Source: Candidatus Levyibacteriota bacterium (GTDB taxonomy: Bacteria > Patescibacteriota > Microgenomatia > Levybacterales > UBA12049). From it: DNA of 64,000 nt. The notes beneath the pieces were generated by a model. That model made no database searches. It had not been told where the DNA came from and was given only the letters and a program-made list of their open reading frames with translations. Shown here in pieces: positions 27,188-37,008 of the stretch. Each line of letters opens with the position of its first letter. Positions within the stretch are counted from its first letter, which is position 1. The DNA lies in contig JACQHJ010000001.1 of assembly GCA_016199085.1 (NCBI GenBank), forward strand, positions 3,334 to 67,333, given 5' to 3'. The translations under genes were made by a program, and so were the position numbers.

Positions 27188-28180
27188 ATGAACAAAATTC
27201 CAAGAATTGTAACCATCAGCGGAGGAACAGGTAGCTATGTTGCCTTAATGGGTCTTAAAAAGTATCCTGTTAAGTTAACAGCTATTGTCACAATGGCCGA
27301 TAGTGGTGGATCAAGTGGAAAACTTAGGGATGAGTTAGGAGTCCTTCCCCCCGGAGACATCAGACAGTGTCTCGTTGCTTTGGCAGAGTCACCAAGATTA
27401 CTTAGGGAAATGTTTAACTACAGATTTGAAGAGGGAGGATTAAGGGGACATAGTTTTGGCAATATTTTCCTATCGACTCTTGCAAAACAGACGGGCAGTA
27501 TGAAAAAAGCAATTGCAGAAGTTGGTAAAATCTTAAGAATTAAAGGAAACGTTGTTCCTTCTACTTTTACAAAAAGCGATTTATGTGTTGACCTTGAAGA
27601 TGGGACAAGAATTATCGGAGAGACACATATAGATGTAGTTGAGAAGAAAGAAAAAAGGGCAAAAATAATAAAAGCCTATCTTTCTCCAAAAGCACAAATT
27701 AATCAAGATGCAAAAAGGGCAATAGAGAATGCAGATTTTATTTTAATAGGGCCTGGAGATCTTTATACAAGTATAATTCCAAGTCTTTTGGTAGAAGGAC
27801 TTCCAAAGGCAATTAGGAGCTCAAAGGCAAAAAAAATATTTATCATGAATCTTATGACAAAATACGGCCAAACAACAAGGTACAGCGCAAAAGATCATTT
27901 AATTGATCTTGAGAAATATCTCGGTAAAAATGTTATTGAATATATTCTAATTAATTCAAAAATGCCAAGGCAACAAACACTTTCCTGGTATGAAGAGTAC
28001 GAGGAATATCCAGTAAAAGACGATTTGGATAGTAAGAAATACAACATCATCAGAAAGAGTCTAATAAAAGACGTTTTAGTTTCTCAAAAAAGCTCAGATG
28101 AGCTAAGAAGAAGCATTATAAGACACAACTCTGAAAAATTAGCTAAAGAAATTGTCAATATTGTTACTGATTTAATTTAA
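27188..28180 (+). CDS. yvcK: YvcK/GlmR (CofD-like) protein
   Basis: GGTG, DSGGSSGKLR, PPGDIR, GHSFGN, GPGDLYTSIIP. Confidence 0.92.
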   Translation: MNKIPRIVTISGGTGSYVALMGLKKYPVKLTAIVTMADSGGSSGKLRDELGVLPPGDIRQCLVALAESPRLLREMFNYRFEEGGLRGHSFGNIFLSTLAKQTGSMKKAIAEVGKILRIKGNVVPSTFTKSDLCVDLEDGTRIIGETHIDVVEKKEKRAKIIKAYLSPKAQINQDAKRAIENADFILIGPGDLYTSIIPSLLVEGLPKAIRSSKAKKIFIMNLMTKYGQTTRYSAKDHLIDLEKYLGKNVIEYILINSKMPRQQTLSWYEEYEEYPVKDDLDSKKYNIIRKSLIKDVLVSQKSSDELRRSIIRHNSEKLAKEIVNIVTDLI

Positions 28181-28221
28181 AACCTCTTTTAAAAACCTTA
28201 AAGATATATAATAATAGATGA

Positions 28222-29754
28222 ATGTTTCCAATGTCTTTTTTAAAACCCCTAGATGATATTTTAAACAAAATCACAATGTACAGGTTGGTTTTGTATTACC
28301 TTATTTTCCTATGGCTAGCTGCATTTAACTTAAGTTTTTTTGGCTTTTTCCCATTTGGCTTTATAGAATTATTAATTTCCTCGGCAATAATAATTTCAGT
28401 AAGTTTTTTGACAAATAAATTACTTGCAAGAATTTTTAATACATTTACAAATCTTGAATCAGTTTATATTTCCGCTTTCATACTTATCTTGATAATAACT
28501 CCGGCAAGGAGTATAAACGAATACATTTTTATAATTCTGGCATCTTTCTTTGCAATGGCTTCAAAGTATATTTTAAGTTTCAATAAAAAACATGTTTTTA
28601 ATCCAGTGGCAATTTCTGTTTTGATAATGCTTTTATTTACCATAGGAGGGGCGAGTTGGTGGGTTGGTACTACAGTCATGTTGCTTCCGGTACTGTTTGG
28701 ACTGTTAGTTATTAGAAAGATTCAAAGAGCTAGTCTGGTTTTAACTTTTTTAATTACATCTCTTTCAGCCATGGAATTTTTTAGTGTGATTAGTGGATTT
28801 GATGCTTTGTTAATTTTACAAAACACACTTTTAGAATCCCCGCTTTTGTTTTTTGCATTTGTTATGTTAACAGAACCTTCAACTACACCTCCTAGGCAAA
28901 TCTTGCAGATTTATTACGGAGCAATTGTTGGAATACTATTCTATCCCCAAATTCACATCTCAAGCTTCTATTTTACCCCCGAAGCAGCGCTTGTTGCAGG
29001 AAACATATTTTCATATTTGGTAAGTCCTAAGGAGAAACTAACGCTTTCTTTAAAAGAAAAAATAAAATTATCCAAAGATACTTATGATTTTGTTTTTAAC
29101 CTTAACAAAAAATTTTCTTTTACTCCCGGTCAATATTTGGAATGGACTTTGGGATTTAAAAATCCTGACAGTAGAGGCAACAGAAGGTATTTTACAATCG
29201 CATCATCTCCAACAGAAGAAAATTTACGAATAGGAATTAAATTCTATCCTAATTCAAGCAGTTTTAAGAAAAATCTTTTCTCCTTAAAACCTGGAGATAA
29301 AATTATGGCAGGAAGTCTTTCCGGGGATTTTGTCTTGCCAGATGATGCAAACAAAAAACTCGTTTTTATTCTAGGAGGGATCGGAATAACTCCTTTTAGA
29401 AGCATAGTTAGGTATTTGTTGGATAAAAACATGAAGATTCCGGCTGTGGTTTTTTATTCCAATAAAGAAAAGTCAGATATCGTCTATAAAGATTTGTTAG
29501 ATCAAGCAGAGCAAAAACTTGGTATTAAGATAATCTATAATTTAACCGATTTGGAAAGTATTCCAAAAGATTGGAAGGGTGAAAAAGGAAGATTAGACGA
29601 GAATATGCTAAAAAAATACGTTTCTGATTATAAAGAAAGGATTTTCTATCTTTCGGGACCACATTCGATGGTTATGGGTTTTGAGGAAGTACTTGGGAAA
29701 ATGGGAATAAGTAAAACAAATATTAAAAAAGACTTTTTCCCTGGGTACGTATAG
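28222..29754 (+). CDS. RnfD/NqrB-like membrane domain fused to an FNR-type FAD/NAD(P) reductase
   Basis: SK..HVFNP and MLTEPSTTP in a multi-TM region; then PGQY, RYFTIASSP, GGIGITPF, YLSGP. Confidence 0.8.
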   Translation: MFPMSFLKPLDDILNKITMYRLVLYYLIFLWLAAFNLSFFGFFPFGFIELLISSAIIISVSFLTNKLLARIFNTFTNLESVYISAFILILIITPARSINEYIFIILASFFAMASKYILSFNKKHVFNPVAISVLIMLLFTIGGASWWVGTTVMLLPVLFGLLVIRKIQRASLVLTFLITSLSAMEFFSVISGFDALLILQNTLLESPLLFFAFVMLTEPSTTPPRQILQIYYGAIVGILFYPQIHISSFYFTPEAALVAGNIFSYLVSPKEKLTLSLKEKIKLSKDTYDFVFNLNKKFSFTPGQYLEWTLGFKNPDSRGNRRYFTIASSPTEENLRIGIKFYPNSSSFKKNLFSLKPGDKIMAGSLSGDFVLPDDANKKLVFILGGIGITPFRSIVRYLLDKNMKIPAVVFYSNKEKSDIVYKDLLDQAEQKLGIKIIYNLTDLESIPKDWKGEKGRLDENMLKKYVSDYKERIFYLSGPHSMVMGFEEVLGKMGISKTNIKKDFFPGYV

Positions 29755-31266
29755 TTATCCTAAACTTCTTCTAAAGACTGCTGCTTTTTCAATAAGTTTT
29801 CCAATTTGTTTTTTATTTTTAATGCCTTTGTAGATTCTTTCTGAAAGTGCTTGGTGAAGCTTTTCTTCTTTAGAAATAGGAAGAAGGCTTACTCCAAGAT
29901 AATCTTCAATTGCTTTTACGTCTTCTGCAATATCTTTTCCATACTTGGTATTTTTAGATAATTCTTCTAAAACTCTTTTGTTTAAAAACCCGCCCGCTTT
30001 TAAAAGGTCTGATTTTATATTTATGTAATATTTTTCAAGCAATTTAAGTTGTTTTTTATTTAGACTATTTAATCCTCTTCCTGTTCCAAGTAATTCGGGG
30101 GGAATTCCTATTGAATATAAGGAACCTGTTAGGGGAATTGCACGTGGCAATTTTATTTTCCCAACCCCCCTTGAATAACCAAATAATCCAGTGTGTTGGA
30201 CACGCTCTCTTCGTTTTGGGATATGCAAAGATATTTGATTAATTAATACTGACAGTTGTTCGATTGTATCTTTGTAATGTTTTTCAAAGATCTCAATTAT
30301 TCTAAGTAATTCTTTTTCCTCAGTTTTGGAAATTAGAACAGCTTGTTGTGTGGGAAGTATTTCTTCCAACTCTTTAATTGCTTTTATAACCTCTCTTTTA
30401 TCAAAGTCATATCTAAAAGCGCTTTGTATAGTGGTCGTTCTTACTCCTTTATATTCATTGGCAAATTGCCTGACAGTTCTTGGACTAATTCCACCCCTAA
30501 AAGGAAGAGCTGCGGCTCCAATTATGGGAAATAACGGAATCTTTAGTTTTTTCTCCAATAATCTAAATCTAGAAAGTGCGATTTTAATAGCCAAAACCGT
30601 AGGAACTATCCCTGAGTTAAGCGCAGGATCTGATCTTGCAAGATAAGGTCTTAAATATGGGGGAGTTTTCTTAAACCTTTTCTTGTACATTAATAAATAT
30701 TTTTTCAAAATATCGCTTGATTTAATAATCACTTCTGTTTGTTCAAATAATGGAATAACTCTTAAATTAGTCAGGATTTTATCCAATTTGTATAAAGAGT
30801 GTTTTAGGAAATGTACTTGTTGATAGGCTTTTTGAATTTCCAATATTTCTTCTGCTGTCTCAGTCATTGGTAAAATGACCTCAAAAATAGGAGGCGTTGG
30901 TAAGTTAAAATGTTTTGCAATTGATGCGGCTGATGCAAGGTTGATAAAAGCCCGTCCTACTCTAAATTCCGTTTCAACTTTGGGATTGGGAAGCCTGAAA
31001 GTTAAGAATTTTTCTTGTCCTAGGGGATTTTTTTTAAAATAATTGAAATGTTCTCCAAATAATCTTTCCAAGACTGATTCATCAACCAATTTACCCTCCC
31101 AGTCCCATTTATACTCTGTTGCACCCAGTTCAGAAAAAGAAAGATATGCTTCGTGTGCTTCGAACTGGCTTTGGATAAATTTTTCGTTATGCCAGTAGGG
31201 TTTACCCGCATGGTCTGGATGCTGGGTGACCATTGTGGCAGGAATTTTTCTCGTTATTTTTACCAT
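29755..31266 (-). CDS. ppcA: archaeal-type phosphoenolpyruvate carboxylase
   Basis: IPATMVTQHPD, WDWEGK, EVILPMT, VIPLFE, ARSDPALNSG, PFRG, TIQSAFRYD, GLFGYSR, LPRAI; start ATG 31266. Confidence 0.92.
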   Translation of the reverse strand: MVKITRKIPATMVTQHPDHAGKPYWHNEKFIQSQFEAHEAYLSFSELGATEYKWDWEGKLVDESVLERLFGEHFNYFKKNPLGQEKFLTFRLPNPKVETEFRVGRAFINLASAASIAKHFNLPTPPIFEVILPMTETAEEILEIQKAYQQVHFLKHSLYKLDKILTNLRVIPLFEQTEVIIKSSDILKKYLLMYKKRFKKTPPYLRPYLARSDPALNSGIVPTVLAIKIALSRFRLLEKKLKIPLFPIIGAAALPFRGGISPRTVRQFANEYKGVRTTTIQSAFRYDFDKREVIKAIKELEEILPTQQAVLISKTEEKELLRIIEIFEKHYKDTIEQLSVLINQISLHIPKRRERVQHTGLFGYSRGVGKIKLPRAIPLTGSLYSIGIPPELLGTGRGLNSLNKKQLKLLEKYYINIKSDLLKAGGFLNKRVLEELSKNTKYGKDIAEDVKAIEDYLGVSLLPISKEEKLHQALSERIYKGIKNKKQIGKLIEKAAVFRRSLG

Positions 31267-31358
31267 ATTCAAATTTACCACCGCTAATAATAGCACAGCA
31301 GATGGTATTTGTCAGCGATATTACAAATATTTTTTGCAAAATTTGCTATGCTTTATTT

Positions 31359-31586
31359 ATGAAGAAAAGATGGTTTAAGGAAGTAGGATTAATTTATGTT
31401 CCAATAAATTGGAAGGGGTTTTTAATAACAGGATTTATTGCGATATTTTGTATAAACGTTTTTTTAGTGATTGATGCCAATTCTCATTCAGCGAGTGATA
31501 CTTTGTATGGTGTTTTTCCGTATGTGATACCAGCTCTAATAATCTTATATTTAATTGCAGTTAAGACATCAAAGCCTCGTAAGTAA
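31359..31586 (+). CDS. small 2-TM hypothetical protein
   Basis: MKKRWF...YVPINWKG...SHSASDTL; ATG 31359 follows TGnTATGCT by 6 nt. Confidence 0.7.
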   Translation: MKKRWFKEVGLIYVPINWKGFLITGFIAIFCINVFLVIDANSHSASDTLYGVFPYVIPALIILYLIAVKTSKPRK

Positions 31587-31589
31587 ATA

Positions 31590-32141
31590 TTAATTTTTAT
31601 ATTCCTCTTTAACTTTATCTGAATATTTCTCTAAAAGCTTTTTAAGCTTTGGATCTATGACAAACCTGCAATATGGATAATCTTTATTCCTGTCATAGTA
31701 ATTCTTGTGATAGTTTTCTGCTTCGTAAAATTCTTTAAACGGAGTAATTTCGGTAACAATAGGGTTTTTATAAACTCCTTCTTTTTCTAAATCTTTTTTT
31801 GATTTGACAGCTTGTTCTTTCTGAATATCGTCATGGTAAAAAATTGCAGATCTGTATTGGGTACCCATATCATTGCCCTGTTGGTTTAAAGTTGTTGGAT
31901 CGTGTGTATGCCAAAAAATATCAAGTATGGTTTCAAAAGATATTATCGATGGATCAAATTCTATTTGTATCGCCTCGGCATGACCTGTTTCTCCGCTACA
32001 GACCTGATCATAACTTGGATTTTCTACTGTTCCACCGCTATAGCCTGGTTTTACAGATAGAACACCTTTAAGTCTTTTAAAGACCGCTTCTGTACACCAA
32101 AAACACCCATTGGCAAGCGTTGCTACTTCTTTACTTATCAT
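31590..32141 (-). CDS. msrA: peptide-methionine (S)-S-oxide reductase
   Basis: GCFWCTE, GYSGG, TGHAE, QYRSAIF, AENYH. Confidence 0.96.
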   Translation of the reverse strand: MISKEVATLANGCFWCTEAVFKRLKGVLSVKPGYSGGTVENPSYDQVCSGETGHAEAIQIEFDPSIISFETILDIFWHTHDPTTLNQQGNDMGTQYRSAIFYHDDIQKEQAVKSKKDLEKEGVYKNPIVTEITPFKEFYEAENYHKNYYDRNKDYPYCRFVIDPKLKKLLEKYSDKVKEEYKN

Positions 32142-32517
32142 ATTTTTTCGTAAACTCATCAGCTTCTTTTTCCTGTTTTTTTACTTCCTCTTTGGTTTGT
32201 CTTTCCAAAACAGAGTTTCTGTGTCCTAAAATCACGTGTCCAATTTCGTGAATAATAGTATATCGTATTTGATCTCTATTTTGAAACAAAAGCTCATCTG
32301 ATAGAAAGATAAGATGTTGATCTTTTAAATCATTTCCGGTAAAGGTAAAAGCCCATGCGTCCTCCATTGAGGCAAAAAACCAGCACGTTGAAGTAACAGT
32401 GTCAATGATATTTTGCGGAAAAGATAGAAGTGTTTCGCAAACAAATATTTTCATTTGCTTATTGCCTATCAGTTTTCCGTCAAAAGCTTGATAAATTTCT
32501 TTTAGGTCGTGTCTCAT
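32131..32517 (-). CDS. small HExxH zincin-like protein
   Basis: [12 protein letters not shown]...QEKEAD. Confidence 0.7.
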   Translation of the reverse strand: MRHDLKEIYQAFDGKLIGNKQMKIFVCETLLSFPQNIIDTVTSTCWFFASMEDAWAFTFTGNDLKDQHLIFLSDELLFQNRDQIRYTIIHEIGHVILGHRNSVLERQTKEEVKKQEKEADEFTKKYDK

Positions 32518-32582
32518 ATAAAGATTTTAACAAAAAACCTCTAACACTTGCTTTTTAATTGAAATCAAGATAATCTAGGAGC

Positions 32583-32927
32583 ATGGTTTACCTTCTTGTC
32601 AACTGGATAGTAAGCGCGATGGTTATTTTTAGCGTCGCTTACGTTCTTCCGGGTGCAGAAGTATTTGATTTTACTTCAGCCTTAGTTGTTGCTCTGGTTT
32701 TGGGAATAATAAATGCGCTACTTAAGCCAGTTTTAATAATACTTACTCTTCCGATAACAATTTTAACTCTTGGGCTCTTTACGTTTGTTTTAAATGCGCT
32801 TTTGATTCTTCTGGTAAGTAATATTGTTCCAGGATTTAGCGTAGACGGATTTTTAGCAGCACTAATCTTTGGTATAGCTTTATCCATAGTCAACACCTTT
32901 TTAAATAACTTTTTGCCCGGTAAATAG
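32583..32927 (+). CDS. YvlD-like 4-TM (phage holin family) membrane protein
   Basis: NALLKPVLIILTLPITILTLGLF.FVLNA. Confidence 0.88.
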   Translation: MVYLLVNWIVSAMVIFSVAYVLPGAEVFDFTSALVVALVLGIINALLKPVLIILTLPITILTLGLFTFVLNALLILLVSNIVPGFSVDGFLAALIFGIALSIVNTFLNNFLPGK

Positions 32928-32928
32928 T

Positions 32929-33507
32929 ATGTCTAAGAATTTAATTCCATTAATAATCGTTGCAGCTGTTATAATTATCGGAGCATTAGGAGTATATTTA
33001 GTCATGAACCAATCAAGTACAAATACAGATACCAATACCAACGTTAATTCTTTACAGAAAGCAGCTGGAAATACAAACCCTGCTTCTCCGACTCAAACCG
33101 GATCTCCGACTCCGGTTCCTACAATAGTTAGCTCTCAAACACTACCCGATGGTTTAAAAATCGATGATTATGCAATTGGAGACGGAGCTGAAGTAAAAAC
33201 AGGAGACACGATAGTTATGCACTATACTGGGACTTTTGAAAACGGGCAGAAATTTGATAGCTCTGTTGATAGAAATCAGCCGTTTGAAACAAAAATCGGA
33301 GCAGGCCAGGTTATTAAAGGATGGGATGAGGGAGTAATTGGAATGAAGGTAGGGGGCAAAAGAAGACTTACTGTTCCTGGCTCTTTAGCTTACGGAGAGC
33401 AGGGAATACCGGCACAAGATCAACAAGGTAAGGCAATTCCCGGACAGTATGCGATTCCTCCAAATGCAACGCTGATTTTTGAACTAGAATTATTACAGAT
33501 TAAATAA
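32929..33507 (+). CDS. membrane-anchored FKBP-type peptidyl-prolyl isomerase
   Basis: HYTG, FDSS, VIKGWDEG, LAYG, IPPNATLIFELEL. Confidence 0.95.
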   Translation: MSKNLIPLIIVAAVIIIGALGVYLVMNQSSTNTDTNTNVNSLQKAAGNTNPASPTQTGSPTPVPTIVSSQTLPDGLKIDDYAIGDGAEVKTGDTIVMHYTGTFENGQKFDSSVDRNQPFETKIGAGQVIKGWDEGVIGMKVGGKRRLTVPGSLAYGEQGIPAQDQQGKAIPGQYAIPPNATLIFELELLQIK

Positions 33508-34495
33508 TCTGGGGTTTTAAATTTCCTACCAAACTTAATTTATCTTCAAGCTCCTCTTTGGTTAATAATCCTTGTTGAGCTCCTATTTTTTGGATAACGC
33601 TTGCAGAATTAACAGTTCCCCAAAGCATTGCCTCAGTCAAAGATTTTCCGTTTAAAATTGCCGTAATAAAGCCCGCATTGTACCCATCTCCCGCTCCTGT
33701 TTTTTCAACTACGTCTACTTTTAAAATATCTAAAAAGTGCGCTATATTATTTTGATCAAATGCAAACGATCCATTGCTGGAGTCGGTGATAATCACATTT
33801 TTTGCCCCAAGACTTTTTAAGCCAAATAATAATTTTTTAATATCGGTCTGGTCGTTACCCAAGTGCTTATCCGTTCCGAAAAGGATTTTTAATGCTTCCT
33901 GTTTATTAACAAATAAATAATCAGACATCTCGATTATTTCCATAACTAATCTTGATTTCTCATCAAGCTGCAGGGTCCCAGGATTAAAGAAAAGTTTTGA
34001 GCCGGTCTTTTTAACAAAATCCAAAGTTTTCTCGTATGCATTATGCCACTGTTTGCCAAGACTTGATAAATAGACAAATCTTGCAGAAGAGTTATCAAAT
34101 TCAAATAAATGTTGTCTTTCAACGTGTTCAACCAGAAGAGTCCTTTCGCCTTTAAAACTAAGACAGACTGAAAAAGAAGTGGATTTGTCTTTATCTTGTC
34201 TAACGAAAGCCGTATTGATATTTTCTTTTGCCAGCCTTGTCAAAATAAAGCTTGAAAACTCATCTCCGCCAATTTCTGCACAAAGACCGACCTTCTTACC
34301 AAGCCTTGAAACACCAACTGCCGTATTGCATGCATTTCCGCCAATATCTTTTAAATAGTTTTCTACATGTATTTTGTAACCGTAATCTATTAACAACTTT
34401 GACTTATCTTGATTTAAATCAAAGTGGGGATCGTCTTCGGGAATTTTTAAGAAGATATCTAATACCGCATCACCAATACAGAGAAGATCAAGCAT
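33500..34495 (-). CDS. PfkB family carbohydrate kinase
   Basis: GGNACNTAVGVSRLG, NPG, TGAGDGYNAGF. Confidence 0.92.
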   Translation of the reverse strand: MLDLLCIGDAVLDIFLKIPEDDPHFDLNQDKSKLLIDYGYKIHVENYLKDIGGNACNTAVGVSRLGKKVGLCAEIGGDEFSSFILTRLAKENINTAFVRQDKDKSTSFSVCLSFKGERTLLVEHVERQHLFEFDNSSARFVYLSSLGKQWHNAYEKTLDFVKKTGSKLFFNPGTLQLDEKSRLVMEIIEMSDYLFVNKQEALKILFGTDKHLGNDQTDIKKLLFGLKSLGAKNVIITDSSNGSFAFDQNNIAHFLDILKVDVVEKTGAGDGYNAGFITAILNGKSLTEAMLWGTVNSASVIQKIGAQQGLLTKEELEDKLSLVGNLKPQII

Positions 34496-34575
34496 AACTA
34501 TATGTTAACTTAAATTATAGGCTCTGTACAGTAACCTTAAATTGACTTCAACCTATAGTATGGTATAATCAGCCC

Positions 34576-35013
34576 ATGAGTCTAGATGAACGCCTAAGAA
34601 GAGTGGGAAAGGGTAGTCATCTTCGCGGCAGTATTACAGATGTAAGTCTATATGGTCCCCCAAGACAAGGAAGGAGACACGAGGGGGAAGCTGCTTCCGT
34701 TTCGCTTTTTGACCAGCAACCAAATCTACCCACTGAAGCTTCCCAGTCAGACGAACTCTATTTTCGTGCCGGAACGCCCTTTGCTAAATCTGTGCCTAAA
34801 ACACAACGTGAATTTGACGCATTGCCCTGGTGGTTCTTACCCTTTGGTCATACAGTAAGCCCAGGTAGGCTGGAACCAGACGAAAAGGTAACAACAAAAA
34901 TGGGTAATTTTGTTAAGATACACATACACGATATGGGAGATATTAGTAATGGATGGATAAATGTAGATAGTGGTGTACCAATTCCTCCTTTAAAAGGCCC
35001 CTTACTTAAATAA
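34576..35013 (+). CDS. hypothetical protein (orphan-like)
   Basis: 145-aa ORF with its own TTGACT/TGnTATAAT promoter ending 6 nt before the ATG. Confidence 0.6.
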   Translation: MSLDERLRRVGKGSHLRGSITDVSLYGPPRQGRRHEGEAASVSLFDQQPNLPTEASQSDELYFRAGTPFAKSVPKTQREFDALPWWFLPFGHTVSPGRLEPDEKVTTKMGNFVKIHIHDMGDISNGWINVDSGVPIPPLKGPLLK

Positions 35014-35065
35014 GAAACTTTTATCAGCACTTGACGTTATATAACATAATCTTTAAAATTTCCTT

Positions 35066-35680
35066 ATGGATAAATGGTCAAAACCTGCTGATAGAAAGTC
35101 AATTCGGAAGGCAATGGATGCGTTAAGGAAAAATAAATTTAATGTGTTCTTGGTCGAAACGCCAGAAGATGCTAAAAAGAAATTCTTTGAGATAGTGCCA
35201 GAAGGCGCATCCATAATCAATAGTTCCTCAAAAACCCTTGACTCAATTGGAATAGCAAAAGAAATAAACGAATCAGGTAAATACGACAGTGTTAAAAATA
35301 AACTTAACTCAATGGATAGAAAAACACAGCATAGGCAAATGCAGCAATTAGGAAGTGCTCCCGAGTGGGCAGTAGGAAGCGTTCATGCTATTACTAAAGA
35401 CGGGCATGTTTTAATTGCTTCAAGGTCGGGAAGCCAGATCCCAGGATACGCATATGGCGCAGATCATGTAATCTGGGTAGCAGGAATACAAAAGATAGTT
35501 GAAAATATAAATGAGGGGATTAAGAGAATCTTTGAGTACTGTCTTGTCTTAGAAAGCAAAAGAGTACAGAAAGCTTATGGAATGGAAAAAAGCACGGTTT
35601 CAAAAATATTAATCTTTAATGAAGAAATAAATCCTGACAGAACGACAATTATTTTAATAAACCAGGCAATAGGCTTTTGA
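35066..35680 (+). CDS. LUD-domain (LutC/YkgG-like) protein
   Basis: GSVHAIT.DG.VLIAS.SGSQ, VAGIQKIV. Confidence 0.8.
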   Translation: MDKWSKPADRKSIRKAMDALRKNKFNVFLVETPEDAKKKFFEIVPEGASIINSSSKTLDSIGIAKEINESGKYDSVKNKLNSMDRKTQHRQMQQLGSAPEWAVGSVHAITKDGHVLIASRSGSQIPGYAYGADHVIWVAGIQKIVENINEGIKRIFEYCLVLESKRVQKAYGMEKSTVSKILIFNEEINPDRTTIILINQAIGF

Positions 35681-35685
35681 TGACT

Positions 35686-35720
35686 TTGACATTAGACCAG
35701 TTAACTATTATCATTTAATA
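35686..35720 (+). promoter_or_regulatory. sigma70 promoter of sodN (leaderless geometry)
   Basis: TTGACA 35686-35691, 17-bp spacer, TATCAT 35709-35714, 6 nt, then ATG. Confidence 0.75.
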
Positions 35721-36206
35721 ATGAAAATCATAAATTTATTTTTAGATAAACTTCTTTTAGAAAACATTGTCCTTGCTCACTGTGACATTCCTTGTGGTAT
35801 TTATGATCCACATAACGCTCAAATTGGAGCCCACACCGTAATTAGAATGACCCAGATGCTACAAGATCTAAAACGAGAAGATGAAGTAAAAGCAGAGCAT
35901 GATATAGCAAGACTTACCCATGTAAAAGAAGAACACGGGCATTTGGTCGAAGACGAACTGGGAACTTTAGAAAATGATTATTTTAAACCCGAACATTTCC
36001 AAGCACACCCTAACCTTAAAGACCTACTGGAAAAGGCAGTTAAACTTTCAATTAAGGTAAGACAAAACATTGATATGGAATCTGCCAAAGAACTTTTAGA
36101 AACGGTTCTACTTATCTCAGAAATATTCTATAAGACAAAAAATGTTACCCCAGTTAGAGTAAAAAGTGTCTATCCAACTGAGGGTGAAATCGTTACCTAC
36201 AAATAA
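35721..36206 (+). CDS. sodN: nickel superoxide dismutase precursor
   Basis: Ni-hook A|HCDIPCGIYDP after an N-terminal propeptide; KEEH and DYFKP. Confidence 0.93.
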   Translation: MKIINLFLDKLLLENIVLAHCDIPCGIYDPHNAQIGAHTVIRMTQMLQDLKREDEVKAEHDIARLTHVKEEHGHLVEDELGTLENDYFKPEHFQAHPNLKDLLEKAVKLSIKVRQNIDMESAKELLETVLLISEIFYKTKNVTPVRVKSVYPTEGEIVTYK

Positions 36207-36496
36207 TGCTTCTTTTGGCAAAATACAAAATCACAGGACACAGTATGGAACCTCTTTTAAAAAACGGAGATAAAATTATCGCAACTGGCCTTTTTTATTT
36301 ATTTCAATCACCTAAGATTAATGATATAGTTGTTTTTAAAGATAGCAAAGGCAAAGTATTTATTAAAAGGATAGAGAAGATTAATAAAGGAAAATACTTT
36401 ATGTTAGGAGAAAACAAAAAAGACAGCTTTGACAGTAGAAAATTTGGGGAAATAGTAAGAAATCAAATACTTGGAAAATTTATTTATAAAATATAA
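36206..36496 (+). CDS. sodX: Ni-SOD maturation peptidase (S26-like)
   Basis: GHSMEP, IKRI, G.N...SFDSRKFG; overlaps the sodN stop. Confidence 0.88.
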   Translation: MLLLAKYKITGHSMEPLLKNGDKIIATGLFYLFQSPKINDIVVFKDSKGKVFIKRIEKINKGKYFMLGENKKDSFDSRKFGEIVRNQILGKFIYKI

Positions 36497-37008
36497 TGCT
36501 ATTATCAGTTCTTTTGCTTTCAGTTATTGCATTTTTACTTATTCTTCTTTCTATGGTTTGGCCGCCTGATAGTCCTTGGGCTCCGTGGTGGAGAACAAAT
36601 ACAAAAACAGCAAAAGCGATTTGTAAGTTAGCTGATATTAACAATAAAGATATAGTTTATGATTTAGGTTGTGGAGATGGTGAAGTATTGATTCAATCTG
36701 CAAGAAGAGGTGCAAAAGGCGTTGGAATAGAGATTGATCCCTTAAGAGTAATAATCGCAAGGATAAGAGTATTTATTAACGGATTTGATGAGAAAATTGT
36801 TATAAAAAGAAATAATTTCTTTAATGAAAAATATAAAGATGCTACGGTTATTATTGTTTATTTAATTCCAAAGACATTAGACAAACTTTTGCCAAGGTTT
36901 AGGAAGCAATTAAAAAAAGGAACGAGAATCGTAAGTTACCGCTATGAAATGAAAATGCCTTTAAAAAAGGAAGATAAAGAAAACCACATAAGGCTTTATG
37001 TCATTTAA
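36496..37008 (+). CDS. membrane-anchored class I SAM-dependent methyltransferase
   Basis: YDLGCGDG, GIEIDP, LKKGTRIVS. Confidence 0.88.
   Translation: MLLSVLLLSVIAFLLILLSMVWPPDSPWAPWWRTNTKTAKAICKLADINNKDIVYDLGCGDGEVLIQSARRGAKGVGIEIDPLRVIIARIRVFINGFDEKIVIKRNNFFNEKYKDATVIIVYLIPKTLDKLLPRFRKQLKKGTRIVSYRYEMKMPLKKEDKENHIRLYVI

Noticed and set aside
32583-32927. Holin-family gene as a prophage sign
   Set aside because: YvlD-type proteins are common chromosomal genes and no phage genes are nearby
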